A stretch of 32,000 nt of DNA from Demequinaceae bacterium. Its GTDB lineage: Bacteria > Actinomycetota > Actinomycetes > Actinomycetales > Demequinaceae. The DNA lies in NCBI GenBank assembly GCA_965250005.1, contig OZ252279.1, positions 1,650,001-1,682,000 of the forward strand, written 5' to 3'. The notes under the pieces were generated by a model, which worked only from the letters and a program-made list of their open reading frames with translations, searched no databases and was not told the origin of the DNA. The position numbers and the translations under genes were made by a program. This document shows, in pieces, positions 19,350 through 26,340 of this stretch (position 1 is its first letter; each line of letters opens with the position of its first letter).

Positions 19350-19593
19350 GTGGGGCATTCTGGCAAATGTGAGTCAACTCACATTCCCCGCAAGCCCAGT
19401 GGTTTCGCAACGGCGACGCCTGTTCTCCAGTATCCCGGCCGCGCGCTCAAGAAGTAAGGGTCCGGTTCGTGGTCATTGTCACAGTTTCCAACAGTCGTTT
19501 CGGCGCGATCTGCACGCTGAACGCGACAGAAAACCCGGCCGACGCGAAGGCTGAGGGTCTTCGTATCGACCGGGCTGGCTCTATATGCGTCCG

Positions 19594-20733
19594 TCAGGCG
19601 CTGGGTGACGGCTCCGGGTCGGGCGCCGGAGTGGTCTCAACCCACGCGGACCCGCTCCACGCGAACGTGCGGCCCTCATACTCGATGACCGAGTCCTTGT
19701 GGAAGTATCCCGTGGTGCTGCAACCGTCGATGAAGTCGCCGTAGACGAACCACTTGTAGTTCGCGTCCGTTGGGAACCACTTGCCCGTGGGGTTGGTGGC
19801 AACCGGGTGCTCGCCCTCGGGAATGCAACTCCATCGGACGGTCGTTCCGTACTTGTTCTTAAGTCCACCGGTGCACTTGTAGTCGCCTCCGCCAATCGAG
19901 GACCAAAGGTCGCCAATATATTGGTAGCCGTAGACCTGATTGTCGGTTTTGGAGCACTGAGCTAGTTTGCCGTAGCCCACGTTGTAGGCCCCTACACTCC
20001 ACGTACCAGAAGCCTCGTCGTAGAAGTCGACGCACTCGAGCACTTCTCCTTTGAAGTAGACGTACCCAATCGCAGGAACCCACTCGCCCTTGCCGCAGTC
20101 GTATGCGATGTTGGGGTGCGGGTTGTCACCGCACGTGCGGGCGACCCAGTCGAAGTCATCCCAGTACTCGCCGTCTGAAATGCGGTAGACCTTCTCGTCT
20201 GGATCGCAGTCGTTGTACTTGTACCCGTAGTCGTACGGTTCGCAACTACTACTACCGCCGCCGCCCTCGTCCTTGGGCGTCGAATTTGAGTCCTTGTCCG
20301 CGGCTTCTTTCGCCTCTTTCGCTGCCTTGGCGGCGGCTTCTTCCGCGGCCTTCGCGGCGGCCGCCTCCTTTTCGGCTAGCTCCTCGATCTGGATCTTGGC
20401 GGCAACCCTTAGTTCGTCGTAGATCTCCTTGAGGTATTCGTCTTTTGTTCCGTCGTCTTTGCCGAACGCCGAGTCATCGGTCCCATCGAAATTGTTCTCA
20501 ATGAGATTGCGGTCGCGGAAGCCGGGGTCATCCACTTCGAAGTCGACGAGGAACTGCGCCCCGAGCACCCCGAGGACAACCGCGCTTACGGACCCCACCA
20601 AGGCAGCCGAGCCGTGGCGAATGGATCGCGCACGCTTGGCGCGTGCGTGCAACTGGTCGACGACGGCATCCGAGGCGGCGTAGCCCACAGATCCCAACTG
20701 CCCCAATTCATCGATCTGTTCATTGATGTTCAC
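19594..20733 (-). CDS. Orphan paralog of the sigma-A partner (membrane protein, Lys/Ala stalk, Cys/aromatic-rich ectodomain)
   Basis: GTG 20733 start gives VNINEQIDELGQLGSVGYAASDAVVDQLHARAKRARSIRHGSAALVGSVSAVVLGVLGAQFLV, aligning along its length with 17580..18725, including NLIEN, SIGGG-YKC and GYFHKD-VIEYE...W-WVETTP. Confidence 0.85.
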   Translation of the reverse strand: MNINEQIDELGQLGSVGYAASDAVVDQLHARAKRARSIRHGSAALVGSVSAVVLGVLGAQFLVDFEVDDPGFRDRNLIENNFDGTDDSAFGKDDGTKDEYLKEIYDELRVAAKIQIEELAEKEAAAAKAAEEAAAKAAKEAKEAADKDSNSTPKDEGGGGSSSCEPYDYGYKYNDCDPDEKVYRISDGEYWDDFDWVARTCGDNPHPNIAYDCGKGEWVPAIGYVYFKGEVLECVDFYDEASGTWSVGAYNVGYGKLAQCSKTDNQVYGYQYIGDLWSSIGGGDYKCTGGLKNKYGTTVRWSCIPEGEHPVATNPTGKWFPTDANYKWFVYGDFIDGCSTTGYFHKDSVIEYEGRTFAWSGSAWVETTPAPDPEPSPSA

Positions 20734-20815
20734 TGTTCTGACTCCCAAGTGCTCGGTCCTCAGCGGGTACCGGTGTGGCGCCCAAGACCTAATTGATCGG
20801 AGCCGCCCATAAGAG

Positions 20816-20853
20816 CGCCTCTACCAACTAATACGCGTGGGGGCGGGAAAACC
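20816..20853 (-). promoter_or_regulatory. Putative promoter of orphan partner, shared with 19312..19349
   Basis: Minus strand: GGTTTTCCCGCCCCCACGCGTATTAGTTGGTAGAGGCG. Same element order and spacing as the sigma-A upstream block. Confidence 0.6.
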
Positions 20854-20886
20854 TTGGGGGTACTTGTGAAATCGGGCGCAAACGCC

Positions 20887-20924
20887 CACGGCCCCCACAT
20901 CCCGATGGGGGTGTGAGGGCCGTG
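20887..20924 (-). terminator. Putative terminator downstream of sigma-B partner gene
   Basis: Outer repeat cacggccc...gggccgtg with an inner cccca/tgggg repeat; sits just after the minus-strand CDS end at 20959. Confidence 0.5.
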
Positions 20925-20958
20925 TCACCGCTCCGCAGTCCGTGGTAACGGCCGATGG

Positions 20959-22815
20959 CTAGTTGGTTGTGACCGTCACCGTTCCCAACGATGCCCACAT
21001 CTGCAGTTCCACCCATTGGTACGACGAGTCGCGCTCGGGCGCGATCGAAATGGTGTCCGGCTCTGGATCGATCGCGATGCCAGGTTCCGGCGCCCCGTAG
21101 AGGACGTCTCCAACGTACGTCTCGAGGTGAACTGACTGTTGGATCAGTAGCGTGTACTCGCCCGCGCGGAGCTCTGCTGGGCCGTTCTCGCTCCAGCAGG
21201 TGTTCACTTCGCGCCACAGATAACTACCGGCCAGAGATTCACCGGGAGCCAACTCGCCCCAGTTGGCTTGGTCCCCCTCGGGCGATGCCGCGAAAGCAGG
21301 CTCTACCGTGGCGGTGCTTCCCTCCGACTGGCGCGCCGCAAGCTCGGCATCTTGAATGTCGGCGGTGTCGCCGTAGCGGTTGATCTCCGTTGGCCAGCCC
21401 TCAGCAACGACCACCCCGTCTTTGATGAGGTAGACATTGCGGCTTGGCTGTCCGTAGAAACCGGGGATCGAGAACTCCGAGGCGTTTGTCACGGAGATCG
21501 CGACTTCGGGGTTGTTGTCGATCACCCATCCGTAGCTCACGCCCAAGCGCGACGGAAATTCGGCTTGGACATCGAGCCAGCCGAGATCGGCTGACACTTC
21601 GGGGAACCCTGCCTCGCCGTCGCCCCAGCTACATCCATAGAACGAGCGCTCGACGGGCTGCCCGAGTGCAGGGTCAGTGTCGTTCCACCCGCGGCCCTCT
21701 GAGTCGTCAGACTGCATAATCCACCGTGACGTCCCCGGCTCCATGCCCCAAACGTTGTTCTGGGCAGAGGTGCTGAACAGATCGCGAGCGAGTTGGGGCG
21801 TCAGGAAGTCGTCCGGAAGGACTGGCGGGACCCACGGTTCAGGAATGTACTGGCCAAACGGGTCCTCAACTGGATCTCCCGCAATGATGAACGGGATGGG
21901 CTCGCCCGTCGTCCGGAACTGGTCGTAGACGTACGGCTCGATCTCCAGGCTAGTGACGTCGGCGCCCCCCGACTCGTCTTTCGCGTCGGGCAACTCGGTC
22001 ACGAGGGGATCCGTCGCGGGATCCGGTTCGATGCTCGGGACGCCCGGATCCACTGACGTCTCAGGGTCCGCGTTTGGAGGCAAGACTTCGATGCTGGGCT
22101 CTGGAGCAGGTTCCGGCTCTGGAGCAGGCAAGGGTTCGATGGCGGTCTCGTCGTAATACGCAAACGACTGGCTCACAAGCAGGTCATATTTGCTTGCAGG
22201 CAGCGGCTGGCCGTCGAAGCAAGAAACAAACTCAGCCATAGTCACCAATTCAAGCGATGCGCCCTCGGGGAGCTCAAGCACAGTCAGTTCGGACCCGTCA
22301 GCGGGAACGGCCACGGCGACCACCATGCCGTCCCACAGCACTACAGCAGACGCGTGCGATGCGCGAATGTCCTGCTCGACGCTTGCGTTGGTGCTCGCGG
22401 TGAGACTGTACGGAACACTGGCAGTTGAGCCGCCCTCGACTTCCTGGTTCTCAGCCCAGTCGACGGTGAGAGAAAACGCACCATCGCCGTAGCCCCAGTC
22501 CTGCAATGGGTAGGAGCCGCAATAGCCCCAGTCCGCGAGGCGAGACATCTCGGCCGCCGCGTCACTGCTGAGGGACGAGCCGCCATCCTCTGCAGGTGCG
22601 GGCAGCGCCGTTGCAACTTCTTCTGAGGCAGCCGTGGGGTTGATGACGCCGATCGCGATGAGTGCCGCTGCGCCAGCGCCGGCGAGCGCGTTGCCGCCCA
22701 TTCGTGCACCTCGCTGGACGCGCACGCGCCGGGAGGCCGCAGCAACGGAAACGGATGCGTCTGAGACCGGCGCGCGATCTGCGGCGCCGTGAAGCGCGTC
22801 TGAGAGCTTCGTCAT
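20959..22815 (-). CDS. Sigma-B partner: single-pass membrane protein with Pro/Glu-rich linker and large ectodomain (possible anti-sigma/sensor)
   Basis: ATG overlaps the sigma-B stop (ATGA). N-terminus ...SVSVAAASRRVRVQRGARMGGNALAGAGAAALIAIGVINP is a basic juxtamembrane segment plus TM; linker IEPLPAPEPEPAPEPSIEVLPPNADPE. Confidence 0.82.
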   Translation of the reverse strand: MTKLSDALHGAADRAPVSDASVSVAAASRRVRVQRGARMGGNALAGAGAAALIAIGVINPTAASEEVATALPAPAEDGGSSLSSDAAAEMSRLADWGYCGSYPLQDWGYGDGAFSLTVDWAENQEVEGGSTASVPYSLTASTNASVEQDIRASHASAVVLWDGMVVAVAVPADGSELTVLELPEGASLELVTMAEFVSCFDGQPLPASKYDLLVSQSFAYYDETAIEPLPAPEPEPAPEPSIEVLPPNADPETSVDPGVPSIEPDPATDPLVTELPDAKDESGGADVTSLEIEPYVYDQFRTTGEPIPFIIAGDPVEDPFGQYIPEPWVPPVLPDDFLTPQLARDLFSTSAQNNVWGMEPGTSRWIMQSDDSEGRGWNDTDPALGQPVERSFYGCSWGDGEAGFPEVSADLGWLDVQAEFPSRLGVSYGWVIDNNPEVAISVTNASEFSIPGFYGQPSRNVYLIKDGVVVAEGWPTEINRYGDTADIQDAELAARQSEGSTATVEPAFAASPEGDQANWGELAPGESLAGSYLWREVNTCWSENGPAELRAGEYTLLIQQSVHLETYVGDVLYGAPEPGIAIDPEPDTISIAPERDSSYQWVELQMWASLGTVTVTTN

Positions 22816-23378
22816 GAGAAATTCCTTTCGGGGTCGATGGGCTCGTAGGGCGAGTTGACTACAGGTGCGGTCTCAATGTTGGTGTCCTCGAGGGGACCCA
22901 GCGCCAATTCCATGCGAGCGATGCCGTCGCTCAAGTAGCGCTTGATGCTGCCCTCCGCGAGCCCCAGTTGACGGCCGATTTGCGGCACTGTGAGGTCATC
23001 GAAGAAGCGCAACACGACGCACGCACGTTCGCGCGGCGGAAGTGTTCCCAGGGCGGTCGCAACGTCGGCGCTCAAGTCAATTGCGGAGGCCGCGTCGTCT
23101 GCCTGTTTGCCCGGACTAAAGAGATGTTGTACTCGTTGCCACCGCTGGTTGCGGCGGTACTGATCGATATAGACGGAGGTGATCGCTCGTCGTACATAGG
23201 CCTCTGCCTTGAGCGAGGTGAGCCCCGGTCGAGGCCGCGAAAACGTGCGCACGAGCGCATCCTGAACGAGGTCCTGCGCCCGCGTCGAGTTCCCGCAGAC
23301 TATATAGGCGTATCCCAGAAGGGCGCGCTCGCGGTCGCGAACGAGTGCTTCCATGGTGCTCTGCCAATCGCTCATCAT
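22812..23378 (-). CDS. SigE-family/ECF-like RNA polymerase sigma factor (sigma-B of this locus)
   Basis: LLGYAYIVCGNSTRAQDLVQDALVRTFSRPRPGLTSLKAEAYVRRAITSVYIDQYRR...LPPRERACVVLRFFDDLTVPQIGRQLGLAEGSIKRYLSDG. Tandem ATGs at 23378/23375 after GGAGGA. Confidence 0.93.
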   Translation of the reverse strand: MMSDWQSTMEALVRDRERALLGYAYIVCGNSTRAQDLVQDALVRTFSRPRPGLTSLKAEAYVRRAITSVYIDQYRRNQRWQRVQHLFSPGKQADDAASAIDLSADVATALGTLPPRERACVVLRFFDDLTVPQIGRQLGLAEGSIKRYLSDGIARMELALGPLEDTNIETAPVVNSPYEPIDPERNFS

Positions 23379-23503
23379 TCCTCCGTTGGGCTCTTCGATT
23401 TGAAGGCCCTTCTCGAATACGTGACGCCCGCCGGTCGCGAATCGTTGGGTCCAGTTGCCCGGCACCCCCCATGTTCCCCTAGACTCGCCTTCTACTTACG
23501 TAC

Positions 23504-23523
23504 CGCAGACATCGTTGTCTGCG
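23504..23523 (+). promoter_or_regulatory. Short inverted repeat in hppA leader followed by a T-run
   Basis: cgcagac-atcgtt-gtctgcg (perfect 7-bp stem) then tattttt, immediately upstream of the AAGGAGG ribosome binding site. Confidence 0.5.
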
Positions 23524-23546
23524 TATTTTTGTGTCAAGGAGGACGC

Positions 23547-25910
23547 ATGCAATCGCACGAAGAAGCGGCCATCGAGTTGGGCAATGACAGCCTGACCATT
23601 GTCGCCGTCATCGCCGTCATCGCGGTGGTTTCCCTCGCCTTCTCATACGTTCTACGCCGGCAAGTGTTGAAGGCACCCGACGGCACCACCAAGATGCAGA
23701 CGATCGCTCAGGCCATTCAGGAGGGCGCGAGCGCGTTCCTGAGTCGCCAGATGCGCACGCTTGTAGTGTTCGCAGCGGTGGTGTTCGGACTCCTGTTCCT
23801 GTTGCCCGCCGAGAACAACGGCATCCTGTGGGGACGGTCAATTGCCTTCCTCTTGGGCGCTGGCTTCAGCGCGGCCATCGGATACCTGGGCATGTGGCTC
23901 GCGGTCCGGGCGAATATTCGTGTCGCCTCGGCGGCGACGCGCGCGAACGGACGCACCGAGGGCGCGCGCATCGCGTTCCGCACGGGCGGTTCTGTTGGAA
24001 TGTCCGTCGTTGGCCTCGGACTCCTAGGCGCAACTTCGGTGGTCCTCATCTTCGGCGGCGACGCCGCGGCAGTTCTCGAGGGCTTCGGATTCGGTGCCGC
24101 GCTACTTGCGATGTTCATGCGAGTGGGTGGCGGAATCTTCACCAAGGCCGCCGACGTGGGTGCGGACCTGGTGGGCAAGGTCGAGCAGCACATCCCGGAG
24201 GACGACCCGCGCAACGCGGCGACCATCGCGGACAACGTTGGAGACAACGTTGGCGACTGCGCCGGTATGGCCGCAGACCTCTTCGAGTCTTACGCGGTGA
24301 TGCTCGTGGCCGCGCTCATCCTGGGCAAGGCCACGTTCGGCGTCGAGGGTCTCGTCTTCCCGCTGATCGTTACGGCGATCGGCGCGATTGTCGCAGCATT
24401 GGGTGTCTACGTCACACGCGTGCGCGAGGGAGAATCGGGGCTGGCCGCGATCAACCGCGGATTCTTCATCTCCGCCGTTGTTGGTGCTGGCCTCGCTGCG
24501 GCCGCTGCCTACAGCTACCTGCCGAGCAGCTTCGATGGCTTCACCGATGGCACGCTCACTGGCCACGGCGGAGACCCCCGCCTGGTGGCGACTATCGCAG
24601 TATTCGTCGGCATCGGCCTCGCAGGCATCATCCTGTGGCTGACTGGCTACTTCACTGACGTCGCGCAGAAGCCAACTATCCGCGTCGCTCGCAGTTCCCT
24701 CACGGGCGCCGCCACGGTGGTTCTGTCTGGCATTGGCCTCGGATTGTCTTCCGCGGTGTACACGGCTACCGTCATCGCTGGCGCCATCGTCATCCTGTTC
24801 TTCGTTTCGGGCGGCGCGGTCTATCTCGCACTCTTCCTCATCGCGCTCGCAGGCTGTGGCCTCCTGACAACGGTCGGCGTAATCGTCGCCATGGACACGT
24901 TCGGCCCCGTGAGCGACAACGCTCAAGGGATTGCCGAGATGTCAGGCGACGTTGACGCGGAGGGCGCGCAGATTCTGACGGACCTCGATGCTGTCGGCAA
25001 TACCACCAAGGCGATCACCAAGGGCATTGCGATCGCCACGGCGGTGCTCGCGGCATCCGCGCTGTTCGGCTCGTACCAGACGTCGGTTGCCGAAGCGCTC
25101 GAGCAGGCTGGCCGCGTTTCGGGTGAGTTCGCCCTCGCGGCGCTGAGCTACTCGGTTGCCTCACCCCTTACGCTTGTCGGCGTGATCATGGGTGGCGCGG
25201 TCGTGTTCCTCTTCTCGGGCCTCGCGATCGATGCGGTCACGCGAGCGGCGAGCACCATCGTGTTCGAGGTGCGCCGCCAGTTCCGCGAGATGCCTGGCAT
25301 CATGACCGGCAAGCAGCGGCCCGACTACGGCCGTGTGGTCGACATTTGCACCCGCGATTCGCTCAAGGAGCTCATCACCCCGGGAGTTCTGGCCGCTACG
25401 GCACCGGTCTTTGTGGGCTTCGCGATGGGCGTGGGTCCGCTCGCGGGCTTCCTCGCGGGCTCGATCGGAACGGGCGTGCTTATGGCCGTGTTCCTGGCGA
25501 ACTCAGGAGGATCGTGGGACAACGCCAAGAAGATTGTCGAGGACGGCCACCACGGCGGCAAGAATTCGCCGGCCCACGAAGCCACCGTCATTGGTGACAC
25601 CATCGGCGACCCGTTCAAGGACACCGCTGGCCCCGCGATCAACCCGCTAATCAAAGTCATGAACCTCGTGGCACTGTTGATCGCTCCTGCGGTGGTGGCC
25701 ATGTCGGTTGGCGACGGCGCTACCTCGTGGCGCTTCGCGGTTGCCGGCCTCGCGGCGGCCGCTGCAGTCTGGGCGGTTGCCCGTGCGTCTGTACGCACAC
25801 ACCGGGACACCATTGCAGAAGAAGTGCCCATGGTTGGTGCCGGGCCCGTGCGTTCTGCCGCCAAGGCTAAGAAGGCGCCTGCGAAGAAGAAGGCGTCCGC
25901 AAAGAAGTGA
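23547..25910 (+). CDS. hppA: Membrane-bound proton(cation)-translocating pyrophosphatase
   Basis: DVGADLVGKVE, NPRNAATIADNVGDNVGDCAGMAADLFESY, DNAQGIAEMSGD, GGSWDNAKKIVEDGHHGGKNSPAHEATVIGDTIGDPFKDTAGPAINPLIKVMNLV. ATG 23547 after AAGGAGG is preferred over the longer track ORF. Confidence 0.96.
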   Translation: MQSHEEAAIELGNDSLTIVAVIAVIAVVSLAFSYVLRRQVLKAPDGTTKMQTIAQAIQEGASAFLSRQMRTLVVFAAVVFGLLFLLPAENNGILWGRSIAFLLGAGFSAAIGYLGMWLAVRANIRVASAATRANGRTEGARIAFRTGGSVGMSVVGLGLLGATSVVLIFGGDAAAVLEGFGFGAALLAMFMRVGGGIFTKAADVGADLVGKVEQHIPEDDPRNAATIADNVGDNVGDCAGMAADLFESYAVMLVAALILGKATFGVEGLVFPLIVTAIGAIVAALGVYVTRVREGESGLAAINRGFFISAVVGAGLAAAAAYSYLPSSFDGFTDGTLTGHGGDPRLVATIAVFVGIGLAGIILWLTGYFTDVAQKPTIRVARSSLTGAATVVLSGIGLGLSSAVYTATVIAGAIVILFFVSGGAVYLALFLIALAGCGLLTTVGVIVAMDTFGPVSDNAQGIAEMSGDVDAEGAQILTDLDAVGNTTKAITKGIAIATAVLAASALFGSYQTSVAEALEQAGRVSGEFALAALSYSVASPLTLVGVIMGGAVVFLFSGLAIDAVTRAASTIVFEVRRQFREMPGIMTGKQRPDYGRVVDICTRDSLKELITPGVLAATAPVFVGFAMGVGPLAGFLAGSIGTGVLMAVFLANSGGSWDNAKKIVEDGHHGGKNSPAHEATVIGDTIGDPFKDTAGPAINPLIKVMNLVALLIAPAVVAMSVGDGATSWRFAVAGLAAAAAVWAVARASVRTHRDTIAEEVPMVGAGPVRSAAKAKKAPAKKKASAKK

Positions 25911-25913
25911 CCA

Positions 25914-25944
25914 CAGTGGCGGCGACTCGTTGGCGCCGCCACTG
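25914..25944. terminator. Putative terminator downstream of hppA
   Basis: Perfect 11-bp inverted repeat cagtggcggcg...cgccgccactg with a 9-nt loop, 3 nt after the hppA stop. Confidence 0.6.
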
Positions 25945-26251
25945 AGTCACGCGGACGCTAGTTCGCGCGCGCCGGAGCCACGAACAACCTACGTGCGCCG
26001 TGATGCCATCCCACGCGTCGGCATGTGCATTGTGTGGTCCGTCGCCGGGCAATGCCGGCGGGTAGGGCGCGCCCGACACGCAGGCCACGGCAATCTCGCG
26101 CCGCTCGCGATCAGGGGACCCGGGACGTGGCCTTGGCGCCAGATTTGAGGCGGTTAATCCACTCTGCGGCGGCCTTTCTGCCCAATTCTTCGGCGGCGGA
26201 CGGAGCCATGCGGGACTTTGGTCCCGGGTTGCCCTCGCGACACCGGAGTAA

Positions 26252-26298
26252 ACACTACATGTAGGGGCGGATGGGATATTCGACACTAGATGTTGTGT
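26252..26298 (+). promoter_or_regulatory. Tandem NrdR-like boxes upstream of nrdDG
   Basis: ACACTACATGTAGGGG (26252..26267) and ACACTAGATGTTGTGT (26283..26298), start-to-start 31 bp, resembling the paired ACAC-WATATATW-GTGT NrdR box architecture. Confidence 0.8.
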
Positions 26299-26340
26299 TG
26301 CTGGTCCGCTTTTAGTCCAAGACACCTAAGAGAAGGGCCA

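Noticed and set aside
19469-19744. Small + strand ORF between sigma-A and orphan partner
   Set aside because: Overlaps the end of the orphan CDS in antisense, lacks a convincing ribosome binding site or domain; I left the intergenic part unannotated.
23486-23510. cgccttctacttacgtaccg, partly similar to the shared promoter block, upstream of sigma-B
   Set aside because: Only the CGCC-TCTA part resembles the block. The expected GGTTTYCC element is absent at the right distance, so I do not claim sigma-B has the same promoter.
22968-23546. N-terminal extension of the hppA ORF in the track (193 extra residues)
   Set aside because: It runs antisense through sigma-B; a good ribosome binding site and ATG at 23547 give a normal pyrophosphatase N-terminus.
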